NCBI GenBank assembly: GCA_029961005.1
Contig: JASBVW010000001.1
Coordinates: 1 to 34,986 of the forward strand
DNA length: 34,986 bases
Source of the DNA: Bacillota bacterium
Lineage (GTDB): Bacteria > Bacillota > UBA5301 > JASBVW01
Direction: 5' to 3'
Part shown: one piece after another, positions 7,715 through 16,081 of the stretch
Layout of the letters: every line of letters begins with the position of its first letter
Numbering within the stretch: position 1 is the stretch's first letter
The notes under the pieces: model-generated
The model's input: the letters and a program-made list of their open reading frames with translations, nothing else
Databases searched by the model: none
What the model was told of the DNA's origin: nothing
Position numbers and translations under genes: made by a program

Positions 7715-8569
7715 CTAAAATTCCCTCTCCTCGCCGGTAGGCGGCTCGGCGCGGTCCGAGCGGGCGGCGCAAATGCCGCGCTCGGCCTTGCGCAGAAAAT
7801 CCAACAGGTGTTGAATCTCCGGATAGAGCACCAGCTCCGCCTCGATGTAGCTGGCCGCCTGGGAGACGTTCCACTCCGAGCGGTACAGGGCGCGGTAAGC
7901 CTTCTTCAGCTCACTGCGCACCTCCCGCGGGATGCCGTTGCGGCGCAAGCCCACCACATTGAGCCCCACCGCTTTGGCCGGCCGCCCGTCCACCATGGTG
8001 AAGGGTAAGACGTCCTTCGTTACCTTGCTCATGGCCCCCACCATGGCCATCCTCCCTATGCGGCAGAACTGGTGTACGCCTGACATCCCCCCGATGACGG
8101 CTTGATCCTCCACCACCACGTGACCGCCCAGGGCTACGTTGTTCACCAGGACCACGTGGTCGCCCACCACGCAATCGTGCCCCACGTGGGCGTAGGCCAT
8201 GATCATGGTGTGATTCCCGATCCTGGTCTCGCCGCGCCCGCCCTCCGTGCCCCGGCTCAGCGAGGCATACTCCCTAATCACGTTGTAATCGCCAATGCGC
8301 AGGAAGCAGCCTTCTCCTTTGAAGCCCAAGTGCTGGGGATCGCCGCCCAGTGCGGCACCGGCTCCGATTCGATTGTGGCGCCCGATCACCGTCCAGCGCC
8401 CAATCACGGCGTGGGGTCCGATCACCGTCCCGTCTCCGATCTCCACGTCCTTTTCCACCACGGCATAGGGGCCGATGATCACTCCCACGCCCAGGCGCGC
8501 CTCCGGGTGCACCACAGCGGTCTCATGAATCTGGCAGCGGATGGGCACGACCTTTGATTCCTGTTTCAT
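7715..8569 (-). CDS. lpxA: Acyl-ACP--UDP-N-acetylglucosamine O-acyltransferase LpxA
   Basis: Hexapeptide-repeat beta-helix (IHETAVVHPEARLGVGVIIGPYAVV...), with GNHTMIMAYAHVGHDCVVGD and the C-terminal helical domain LRRNGIPREVRSELKKAYRALYRS. I prefer the ATG at 8569 (MKQESK), which has TGAGG 6 nt upstream. The ORF track starts at a TTG at 8581. Confidence 0.92.
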   Translation of the reverse strand: MKQESKVVPIRCQIHETAVVHPEARLGVGVIIGPYAVVEKDVEIGDGTVIGPHAVIGRWTVIGRHNRIGAGAALGGDPQHLGFKGEGCFLRIGDYNVIREYASLSRGTEGGRGETRIGNHTMIMAYAHVGHDCVVGDHVVLVNNVALGGHVVVEDQAVIGGMSGVHQFCRIGRMAMVGAMSKVTKDVLPFTMVDGRPAKAVGLNVVGLRRNGIPREVRSELKKAYRALYRSEWNVSQAASYIEAELVLYPEIQHLLDFLRKAERGICAARSDRAEPPTGEEREF

Positions 8570-8733
8570 ACTAAGCCTCAACTCCTACCGGCAATTTTCT
8601 TCTGTATAATTATCCTTGCCGCTCTTTTTAAAACGACCACCTATCCGCCACCATTCCCGTCCAAAAGCGCTCATAGGGCTGAATCAGCAAGGATGGCGAT
8701 CCTATTCCTGCTTCTGCACGTTTTCTGGCGCGG

Positions 8734-9156
8734 TCAAGCATAGGCGAAGAGCAGCTCGGCCTCGGCCACCACGTCCTCGCCCACCCGGGCCTGCGCCGCC
8801 GCCTTGGCCACACCCCGGGCCGCCCGGAGGATCGTGGCCTCGAGCCTCACCTGGTCGCCCGGCACCACCTTTTTGCGAAACCGCGCCTTCTCCACCCCGG
8901 CTAAGAGGGGCATTTTGCCCCGCGCCCACTCCTGGTCGTAGAGGGCGATCCCGGCCGTCTGGGCCATGGCTTCCACCAGGAGCACCCCGGGCATGACCGG
9001 ATAGTCCGGATAATGGCCGACAAAGAAAGGTTCGTTGATGGTGACGTTCTTTAACGCCACGGCCCGCTGCCCGGAGACCACCTCCAGCACGCGGTCAATC
9101 AGCAAAAAGGGGTAACGGTGCGGCAGAATCTCTTGAATCCTCCTCACGTCGAACAC
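8734..9156 (-). CDS. fabZ: 3-hydroxyacyl-ACP dehydratase FabZ
   Basis: ILPHRYPFLLIDRV, FFVGHYPDYPVMPGVLLVEAMAQ and the rest of a hot-dog fold are present. I prefer the GTG start at 9156, which has GGGAGG about 10 nt upstream and gives a typical length of about 140 aa. The ORF track extends to 9285 through a Gly/Lys-rich low-complexity stretch that overlaps the lpxC 3' end. Confidence 0.9.
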   Translation of the reverse strand: MFDVRRIQEILPHRYPFLLIDRVLEVVSGQRAVALKNVTINEPFFVGHYPDYPVMPGVLLVEAMAQTAGIALYDQEWARGKMPLLAGVEKARFRKKVVPGDQVRLEATILRAARGVAKAAAQARVGEDVVAEAELLFAYA

Positions 9157-9199
9157 GCTTCCACTTCCTCCCTTCCCCTTTTCCTCCCGGTGGGCAGTT

Positions 9200-10120
9200 T
9201 TAGCTTTCCCCTTCCCCGCCCCCGCCTTCTTCCCGGACCGCCCCGCTCTGGAGCCCTTCCCTGATCTTTCGGGCCAGAGCCGCATTCAGAGCGTGGCCGG
9301 AGCGCAAGGCAATGACGTGGGCGCGCAGGAACCCCGCCAGGGCCAGATCGCCCACCACATCCAGAACCTTATGGCGGGCCACCTCGTCGGGGAAGCGCAG
9401 CGGGCCCAGGTAGCCCCGGGGGCCGATCACCACCGCCAGCTCGGCAGTGGCTCCCCGGGCCAGCCCCTGGCGCCGCAGGGCTTCCACTTCTTCCAGAAAC
9501 CCGACGGTGCGGGCAGGGGCGATCTCGCGCCGAAAAGTCTCCGGATCAATGCGCCAATCGGCATACTGGGTGCCCACAGCGGGATGGGAGCTGACGAAGA
9601 CATAGGTGACTCGCAGCTCCTCCGCCGGCAGGGCCACCAGGTGAGCTTCCCCGGCGCTCACGGCCAGGGGCTGCCGGAGCCGGAGCCAGCGCCGCGGCTC
9701 CGGCAGCTCCACCAGGCCATCCTCCTCGAGCAGGCGCACGTAGACGGCGGCACTGCCGTCCCCTGCCGGGACCTCCGGCCCATCCAGCTCCACCCGGGCG
9801 TTGTCCACCTCCAGGCCGCGCAGAGCCGCCAAGAGGTGCTCCACCGTCTGCACGGCCTCCTCAGTACCCCAACCCAGAGCGGTGCAGCGGCGGCCGGCGA
9901 CCAGGTGCTCCGGATCGGCGGGGACGGGAGGTTTCTCCGGCCGGTCCGTCCGGCAAAAAAGGATCCCCTCTCCCGCCCCGGCCGGGAGGATCTTCATCCG
10001 CGCCGGCAGGCCCGTGTGCAGGCCCACGCCCTCCAAAGCCACAGGCCGCGCCACCGTGCGCTGGCGCCGGCCTCCTTCGGGAGGGACTAACTCCCCGCCT
10101 GTGCCAGCTTTCTCCTGCAT
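9200..10120 (-). CDS. lpxC: UDP-3-O-acyl-N-acetylglucosamine deacetylase LpxC
   Basis: Motifs QRTVARPVALEGVGLHTG, TVEHLLAAL, ELDGPEVPAGDGSA, HKVLDVVGDLAL and SGHALN are present. The ATG at 10120 overlaps the upstream ATPase gene by 34 nt. Confidence 0.9.
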   Translation of the reverse strand: MQEKAGTGGELVPPEGGRRQRTVARPVALEGVGLHTGLPARMKILPAGAGEGILFCRTDRPEKPPVPADPEHLVAGRRCTALGWGTEEAVQTVEHLLAALRGLEVDNARVELDGPEVPAGDGSAAVYVRLLEEDGLVELPEPRRWLRLRQPLAVSAGEAHLVALPAEELRVTYVFVSSHPAVGTQYADWRIDPETFRREIAPARTVGFLEEVEALRRQGLARGATAELAVVIGPRGYLGPLRFPDEVARHKVLDVVGDLALAGFLRAHVIALRSGHALNAALARKIREGLQSGAVREEGGGGEGES

Positions 10121-10905
10121 GCCGATATGGTTCTCTTCTGCCCCGCGATCTCCTGCTGGCTGAGGTCGGCCAGGTGGGCCTGCCAGAGGTCGCGGTAGCG
10201 CCGGCCCAATTCCGAGCGGGGCCTGGCCATCACGAGCGAAGGCGGCCCCTCCTCCACCACCCGGCCCCGGTCCAAAAGGACCAGGCGGTCGGCCGCCCGC
10301 AGGGCAAAGGGCACCTCATGGGTGACGATGAGCATGGTGGGGTGGCTGGTGGCCGTCAGTTCCTGCATCACATCCAGTACCTCGCGCACCATGATGGGGT
10401 CCAGCGAGGCGGTGGGCTCATCCCACAGCATCAACTCCGGCTGCTGGGCCAGGGCCCTGGCGATTCCCACGCGCTGCTGCTCTCCGCCGCTGAGCTGGTG
10501 CGGATACCGGTAGAGGTGGCGGGCCATGCCTACCCGCCGCAGGGCCTCCGCCCCGCGCTGCTCCGCCTCACTGCGCTTCACCCCGCTCAGCACCAGGCCC
10601 AAGATGACGTTCTCCAGGACGGTCAAGCGCTCCACCAGGTTGAAGTGTTGGAAGACAAACCCCACGCGCCGGCGCAGGCGCAGGAGCTCAGTCGGGCTCA
10701 TCCGCCTCACGTCTTGCCCTCCGACCAGGATCTCCCCCTCGTCCGCTTCCACCAGCCGGTTGATGCACCGGATGAGGGTGGACTTGCCACACCCGCTGGG
10801 GCCCATGATGACGGCGATCTCCCCCTCCTCCACCTTCAGGTCGACGCCGTTCAGGGCCACCGTCCGCCCGTAGCGCTTCTTCAAGCCCTTGACTTCGACT
10901 CGCAC
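10087..10905 (-). CDS. ABC transporter ATP-binding protein resembling the polar-amino-acid/phosphonate importer type (GlnQ/HisP/PhnC-like)
   Basis: Walker A is GPSGCGKSTLIRCINRL, the Q-loop region is FVFQHFNL, the signature is LSGGEQQRVGIARAL, Walker B is LMLWDEPTASLDP and the H-loop is VTHE. A C-terminal tail of about 30 aa runs into the lpxC start. The start is a GTG at 10905. Confidence 0.85.
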   Translation of the reverse strand: MRVEVKGLKKRYGRTVALNGVDLKVEEGEIAVIMGPSGCGKSTLIRCINRLVEADEGEILVGGQDVRRMSPTELLRLRRRVGFVFQHFNLVERLTVLENVILGLVLSGVKRSEAEQRGAEALRRVGMARHLYRYPHQLSGGEQQRVGIARALAQQPELMLWDEPTASLDPIMVREVLDVMQELTATSHPTMLIVTHEVPFALRAADRLVLLDRGRVVEEGPPSLVMARPRSELGRRYRDLWQAHLADLSQQEIAGQKRTISACRRKLAQAGS

Positions 10906-10926
10906 TCTTCTCCCCCCTGGCCGCTC

Positions 10927-13314
10927 TTACTTAAACTTTTGCCGTCGGCGGTTCAGCCACTGCAGGATCCCGGGGCGGCCGGCCGGGATGACAATCTCCC
11001 TCATGACCTGGGCGTAGGTAAGCCCTACAGCCTCTCCGGCCAGGATCTGCTCGTCCCGCACCGGACTGACCCGCTCGGCCAAGAGGCTGGTCAAAAGCCC
11101 CAGGGCCAGCCCTACCGGGACCGCCCCCCAGGCCGGCAAAAGCGGCAACCTTCCGCCGCTCCCCAGGTAGACGCCGGTAAAGATGGCCGCGCCGGCCAAC
11201 GGCCCGTACAGCCAGGAGGCGTCCGGACGCCACTGCCACCACCGGCGGTTGGCCCCGCGGCACCGCCGCTCGGAGAGCCGGCGCAGAGCGGAGATGACGG
11301 TAGAGTGGTCCAGGAGGAGCACCAGGAAGGTGAAAACCAGCGCCACCAGCCCGGCGATGGTGCCCCGCACGCTGTTGAGCAGGTGCAGCACGGTCCCTCG
11401 CACGTCAGGTTCCACGCTGCCCACCGGCAGGGCAAAGAGCGAGACCCGGTCGCTTTTGACCTCCCGGCCGATGGCCGCCTTCAGCGCCGCAGGCTCCAGG
11501 TCTCGGTCCAAAAGGAGGGAGAGGCTCTGCCCGGGGAGGGTCTCTCCCCCGATGTACTGGTCGATCAGCCGCACGGAACGGCCGATCTCCTCATCCCGCA
11601 GGTCGGGAAGGGCAGCCTTGATCTCTTCCAGCTGCGCCTTCAGGGCAGCCACGTCCAACTGTTCCAGGGCCTCCAGCCGCTCCAGCACAGAAGTGAGCTG
11701 CAGGCGGAGAGTGGCGGTATCCACTCCCTGCATGGCTTCCAGAGTAGATCCGGCGGCCTGCTCCATCTGCCCCAAAAGTTCCCTGACTACCCCCGTGGAA
11801 CGGCTGAGGCGGGAGAAGCCCTGCAGTTCCACTACAAAGAGGTCGATCTGCTTCCGAAAACCGGCCAGGATCTGTACCACCGGGTTCAGGCGATTCAAGA
11901 CGGAGGAGAGCTCGCTCTGGCCCGGGGCGGGCGCGGCCCCTACCCCTTCCACCTGGGAGATGAGGCTGCCGATGGAGGTGCTGACCCGGTTGAGCTCGGC
12001 CACCAAACGATCCACGTCGGACTGTCTGATCTGGGCCAGCGGCCCCTCCAGGCCGGCGTTGACTTGCTGGAGGACCTCCTGCGCCTGCCGGAGTTCTTCC
12101 CTCGTCCGGTCATAGGCCTCCAGGGCGGCCAAGACCTCCTCGGAAGCCCCCCGCGCCTCGGCCGCCAGGCCGTGGAGCTGCTCCACCATGCGCAGGCTCT
12201 CTTCCAGGTTGCGGATGATGCGCCAGCGCTCGTTCTCCACCCTGATCAGGCCCACCTGGGGCCCGATCTCATCGCCTTTGACCACGCGATAGGCCGTCAG
12301 GGCCGCCTGATCCAGGCCGGCACCGGACTGCAAATAAGGGGCGGGATCGCCCTCCACCACCAGGCCGCGGGCGGTCTGCCCCTCTACCGCCTGGATGCGC
12401 ACCCGCAGGTGATCGGAGCGCACCCGCTCTCCCACTACGGGCGGAACTGACGAAGACCCCTGGGCTACCACCTCGTCTCCCGGCCGGAGCGGCTCCCAAC
12501 CCTGCAGCCGCACGGTAACGCGGGAGGCGTAGCCCTCTAAGAAGCGACGCACCTCCGCGAGGGTAGAGACAAAGGCCTGAAAGTCATCCCCTCCCTCACC
12601 CCCGGTGATGTCCACGGCCGTCCGGGGATGGAACTGGTCCCGCAGCCGGTTTACGATGCGCTCGCTCAAAGCGGGAAGGTCCTCTGTCTGATAGCCCAGG
12701 GGCAGGCGCACCTCCACCACCTGGTAACGGCGCAGGAGCCGCCGCAGCGAGGCGTTAACGCTGCTGGTGGCCCCGGCGTCCTTCAAGACGGCGGTAATGC
12801 TCTCCCCGTGGCGGAAGGCAAAGTCAACCCCCGGGAGGTCTTCAATCTGGGGCAAGAGGAGGGGCTGGGCGCCGGCGGGGACGCCGCGCACGGTGAGGCT
12901 GGGTTCAATGATGAAGGTATAGCCGGCATAACCGGGAAGGCCGTTGAAGTAGGTGCCGATGCTCTCAAAGACGCGCCTGGTGCGGAGTTCTGCCGGCAGA
13001 GCCACAAAGAAGTTGACTTTGCCCGCGATGGCAAGGCCTTCTTTTACCTTAGCTCCCGGCAACTGGCGCAGCACGCGGCCCATCTCGGCGCGGGCCGCCC
13101 CTTTGGCTTCTTCCCGCACCTGGACGATCAGGTCGTACTCGCCCGCCTCGCCCAAAAGGCCGGTCACCGTCTCGCCGAAGTAGGCGTCGGTGGCCCAGGC
13201 CACGCCTGCAGCCACTGCAATCCCGAGGAGGATAGTCAGCAGAACGGCTACTGCCACGTCGCGCCGAAATCCGTCCCGAAATAACAAGAGGCCGTCGCCC
13301 CACGGTATGCCCAT
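10927..13314 (-). CDS. Large membrane protein of unknown family and putative partner of the adjacent ATPase: one TM, a roughly 600-aa ectodomain, three TMs, and a C-terminal EAA-like coupling motif
   Basis: The N-terminal TM is VAVAVLLTILLGIAVAAGVAW. The long extracytoplasmic region has alpha/beta segments (YDLIVQVRE, YQVVEVRLPLG), a beta-rich segment (RVTVRLQGWEPLRPGDEVVAQG) and a long helical, coiled-coil-like stretch. Three C-terminal TMs follow. The protein ends with GEAVGLTYAQVMREIVIPAGRPGIL, which resembles the EAA loop of type I ABC importer permeases. Only 21 nt separate it from the ATPase gene. Confidence 0.7.
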   Translation of the reverse strand: MGIPWGDGLLLFRDGFRRDVAVAVLLTILLGIAVAAGVAWATDAYFGETVTGLLGEAGEYDLIVQVREEAKGAARAEMGRVLRQLPGAKVKEGLAIAGKVNFFVALPAELRTRRVFESIGTYFNGLPGYAGYTFIIEPSLTVRGVPAGAQPLLLPQIEDLPGVDFAFRHGESITAVLKDAGATSSVNASLRRLLRRYQVVEVRLPLGYQTEDLPALSERIVNRLRDQFHPRTAVDITGGEGGDDFQAFVSTLAEVRRFLEGYASRVTVRLQGWEPLRPGDEVVAQGSSSVPPVVGERVRSDHLRVRIQAVEGQTARGLVVEGDPAPYLQSGAGLDQAALTAYRVVKGDEIGPQVGLIRVENERWRIIRNLEESLRMVEQLHGLAAEARGASEEVLAALEAYDRTREELRQAQEVLQQVNAGLEGPLAQIRQSDVDRLVAELNRVSTSIGSLISQVEGVGAAPAPGQSELSSVLNRLNPVVQILAGFRKQIDLFVVELQGFSRLSRSTGVVRELLGQMEQAAGSTLEAMQGVDTATLRLQLTSVLERLEALEQLDVAALKAQLEEIKAALPDLRDEEIGRSVRLIDQYIGGETLPGQSLSLLLDRDLEPAALKAAIGREVKSDRVSLFALPVGSVEPDVRGTVLHLLNSVRGTIAGLVALVFTFLVLLLDHSTVISALRRLSERRCRGANRRWWQWRPDASWLYGPLAGAAIFTGVYLGSGGRLPLLPAWGAVPVGLALGLLTSLLAERVSPVRDEQILAGEAVGLTYAQVMREIVIPAGRPGILQWLNRRRQKFK

Positions 13315-13372
13315 GCTCCTCCCACCCGTTTCCCATTATAGCACGGGCCCTGGAAGGCTCGGCCATGTAATT

Positions 13373-14476
13373 TCATGTACCTCTGCTCGCCTTCTCCAGT
13401 TCCTCCAGGCGTTTGCGCAGCTGGCGCAGCTCCTTCCATAACTCCGGCAGGCGGGCGGAGGCGGCCTTGATCCGCATCTCCTCGGCGTGCGGTCGGGCGG
13501 GAATGCCGAAGACGTGGGACCCCGGCGGCAAGCTGGAGGCCACCACGCTGGCTGCCGCCACTACGCAGTCGTCCCCTATTTCCAGGTGGTCCGCCACCCC
13601 GGCCTGGCCGGCCAGGATGACCCGGTCTCCCAGGCGCGCGCTGCCGGCCAAGCCGCACTGGGCCACGAGGAGGCAGTCCTCCCCCACTTGGACGTTGTGC
13701 CCGATCTGGACTAAGTTATCGATCTTGGTGCCCCGGCCGATGCGGGTGGCGCCGCAGGTGGCCCGGTCGATGGTGGTGTTGGCGCCGATCTCCACGTCGT
13801 CCTCCACCACTACCGTCCCGATCTGGGGGACTTTGCGGTGCTTCCCCTCCACGGTGACAAAGCCAAAACCGTCCGCCCCCAGGACGGCCCCGGCGTGGAT
13901 GATGACGTTGCGCCCCACCCGCACGCCCTCGCACAGCACGGCGTTGGCGTGAATGACGCTCCCCGCCCCCACGCGCACCCCCGGCCCGAGGTAGACCCCC
14001 GGGTAGATGACCACCCCGTCTCCCACCTCGGCTTCCGCCTCAATCACCACGTGGGCACCGATGGCCACCTCTTTCCCCAGCCGGGCCCGCGGGCTGATCA
14101 CCGCCGTAGGGTGAACGCCCACCGCCACGGGCGGGGGCGGGGCAAAGGCCGCCAAAACCCGGGCAAAGGCCAGGCGAGGGTTGTCCACCAAAAGCAGGGA
14201 CTTCTCCGTCACCCTCGGCCGGCCGGCCGCCTCGGCCTCCTTTTGTAACGCGGCGTAGTCGCTGCGGGCCAGGATAACCGCCCCCGCGCCCCCGGCGAGC
14301 GCCTCCCTCGCCCGCCGCAGATCGGCGGCAAAGGTGATCTCCGCCGGCCCCGCCTCAGCCAGGGGCGCCACCCCTCTAATGGTCAGATAGGGATCCCCCA
14401 CCAGCTCCCCCTCCGCCAGGGTAGCCAGCTCGGTGAGCTTCCTCGGTTCTCCGGACCTGCCCTCTGCGCGCTGCAT
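13373..14476 (-). CDS. lpxD: UDP-3-O-acylglucosamine N-acyltransferase LpxD
   Basis: The N-terminal uridine-binding domain ([30 protein letters not shown]) is followed by a long hexapeptide beta-helix ([32 protein letters not shown]) and a C-terminal helix. Confidence 0.92.
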   Translation of the reverse strand: MQRAEGRSGEPRKLTELATLAEGELVGDPYLTIRGVAPLAEAGPAEITFAADLRRAREALAGGAGAVILARSDYAALQKEAEAAGRPRVTEKSLLLVDNPRLAFARVLAAFAPPPPVAVGVHPTAVISPRARLGKEVAIGAHVVIEAEAEVGDGVVIYPGVYLGPGVRVGAGSVIHANAVLCEGVRVGRNVIIHAGAVLGADGFGFVTVEGKHRKVPQIGTVVVEDDVEIGANTTIDRATCGATRIGRGTKIDNLVQIGHNVQVGEDCLLVAQCGLAGSARLGDRVILAGQAGVADHLEIGDDCVVAAASVVASSLPPGSHVFGIPARPHAEEMRIKAASARLPELWKELRQLRKRLEELEKASRGT

Positions 14477-14504
14477 CTTTCTGCCCTCCCCCAGGGCGGC
14501 CTCG

Positions 14505-14936
14505 CTACTTAAGCAGGGAGATGACCTCGTCAGTGATCTCCTCTCCGCCGTAGCGCACGCTCTCTTTAAACAAAACGGCCGTCAGCCTCCGGCGCCTGGC
14601 CACCTGCCTGACCGCCGCGTCCACCTCCCGGTTTAGCTTCTGCTCCAGCTGCTCCTTGAAGCGTTGATACTCGGCGTAGGCCGCCTCCCGCTTCCTCTGC
14701 AGCTCCTGCGGATCTTTTTCCTGCTTGAGAGCGGAGACCAGCTCCTCGTAACGCCGGTTCAACTGCTCCTGGTAGCGCTTGGCCCGAGCGCTTTCATTGA
14801 CGATCCGGCTGATGTCGATGACCCCCAGGCGCACCCGCTGAAAAGGCAGGTAGCCCAGGAGCCCTGCCAACAAAAGCACGGCCAGCACCGCCGTCGCAGC
14901 CGGCCACATCCACCTCTTCACTCCCGCGTTCTCCAT
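14505..14936 (-). CDS. skp: Skp/OmpH-family periplasmic chaperone, paralog 3 (closest to lpxD)
   Basis: 143 aa. A signal/anchor segment is followed by [13 protein letters not shown], a coiled-coil arm and the C-terminal [27 protein letters not shown]. All are typical of OmpH/Skp. Confidence 0.8.
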   Translation of the reverse strand: MENAGVKRWMWPAATAVLAVLLLAGLLGYLPFQRVRLGVIDISRIVNESARAKRYQEQLNRRYEELVSALKQEKDPQELQRKREAAYAEYQRFKEQLEQKLNREVDAAVRQVARRRRLTAVLFKESVRYGGEEITDEVISLLK

Positions 14937-14967
14937 AAAACAGCCCTCTCTTGCCTCCAGAAGAGCT

Positions 14968-16053
14968 CTATGGCCGCCCAGCAGCTAGTATACCCATGAC
15001 CTCTCCGGTTATATCGAGAGCCCCCCGGGCTGCCACCGGGGAACCCAAGACGCAGGAGAGTTTCCGCCGCCGCGCGGCCTGAGCTGCCGCCGCTTTTACG
15101 TCCGCCCGCAGCTCCGCCTCCAGCGCCGCGGCGCGCCGGGACCACGGCGCGGGGCCGACCTGCTCAGGAGCCGGGCTGTAAAGAGGCCCCGCCAGCGGGG
15201 CGGGGGCCGCCTGCCCCCAGACCTCTTCCCGCCGCTCTTCTTCCTCTGCCAGCTCGGCCTCCAGCCGCCGCCGCTCCCGCTCCAGTTCCTCCCGGGCGCG
15301 GGCCTGCAGCCGGTCGGCATAAGAGCGGAGGTCCTTTTCTTGGGCCTCGCTCTGCTCCTTCCACCAGGAGCGGTATTCCTCCTCCAAAGCCCGCTCCTTC
15401 TGCTCCACCTTCTCCTGGAGCTGCCGCCGCAGAGCCTCCACTTCCTTCTGCAGGCGCTCCCGCTCCTGTTCCTGGAGGTCCGCCAGGGCAAGGCGCAGCT
15501 GCAGGTTCAAGAGCTGAACCGCCGCGGCGCGGTTCACCTCCTCCTGATACTTTTGGAGCTCTGCTTTGAGCTGCCACCGGCGCAAGCTGGCCTCCTGCTC
15601 CAGCTCGACCTCCATCTCTTGCCGCCGGGCCTCCACCTGGGCCTGGACGCGGCTCCAAAGCTGGGCCTCGCGGCTGGCCAGCTCTACCTGGAGTTGCTGC
15701 CTCCACTGCTCCAACCCCAACCGTCCCTGCTCCCGCAGCAGGGAAAGCTCCTGCTGGGCGGCTTCCTGCACACGCCGGGCGCGCTCCTCCGCCCGCGCCT
15801 CTGCTTCCCGCACCGCCGCGGCATGGGCCTCCTGCGCGCGCTCTTCCTGCTCGGCCTGCACCCGTAAAAAGGCCAGCTCGGGCCAGCGGGGGTGGGCCTG
15901 CAAGGCCCGTGAAACCTCCACCACCGCCACCCGCCCCTCTGCGAATTGCCCCGCATGGAGCCGCAGGGCCTGGCCGCCGTACCAACCCAGGGCCGAAGCC
16001 GCCCCCGCCACCAGCAACAGAGCGGGCGCCATCCAGTGCCTCATCTTACCCAC
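14968..16053 (-). CDS. Skp/OmpH-like protein with a greatly extended coiled-coil insert, paralog 2
   Basis: 361 aa with a signal peptide. It keeps the Skp-like edge strands (VAVVEVSRAL at the N-terminus and RRKLSCVLGSPVAARGALDITGEVMGIL at the C-terminus), separated by a helical region of about 250 aa rich in E/R/Q/A. Confidence 0.65.
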   Translation of the reverse strand: MGKMRHWMAPALLLVAGAASALGWYGGQALRLHAGQFAEGRVAVVEVSRALQAHPRWPELAFLRVQAEQEERAQEAHAAAVREAEARAEERARRVQEAAQQELSLLREQGRLGLEQWRQQLQVELASREAQLWSRVQAQVEARRQEMEVELEQEASLRRWQLKAELQKYQEEVNRAAAVQLLNLQLRLALADLQEQERERLQKEVEALRRQLQEKVEQKERALEEEYRSWWKEQSEAQEKDLRSYADRLQARAREELERERRRLEAELAEEEERREEVWGQAAPAPLAGPLYSPAPEQVGPAPWSRRAAALEAELRADVKAAAAQAARRRKLSCVLGSPVAARGALDITGEVMGILAAGRP

Positions 16054-16081
16054 CCGACCTCAACCAAGTCTGCCGCGCAGC

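Noticed and set aside
8605-8610. A perfect TATAAT hexamer on the plus strand in the AT-rich fabZ-lpxA spacer, and a TTGACC overlapping the fabZ stop on the minus strand.
   Set aside because: The plus-strand hexamer has no acceptable -35 at 16-18 nt and no plus-strand gene to serve. The minus-strand TTGACC has no -10 partner at the right spacing. An internal lpxA promoter is possible but the sequence alone does not support it.
10174-12450. A 758-aa plus-strand ORF, the longest on that strand in this region.
   Set aside because: It lies exactly antisense to the well-supported ABC ATPase and the 795-aa gene. Its translation is Pro/Gly/Arg/His/Gln-rich with no recognisable motifs or TM/signal logic. 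Long stop-free antisense frames are expected in GC-rich coding DNA.
15164-15985. A 273-aa same-strand alternative-frame ORF (plus others at 15096..15491 and 15684..15956) inside the long skp-like gene.
   Set aside because: These are Gly/Ala/Pro/Arg-rich translations of a GAG/CAG/GCC-rich coiled-coil coding region. The chosen frame keeps Skp-like terminal strands and a signal peptide.
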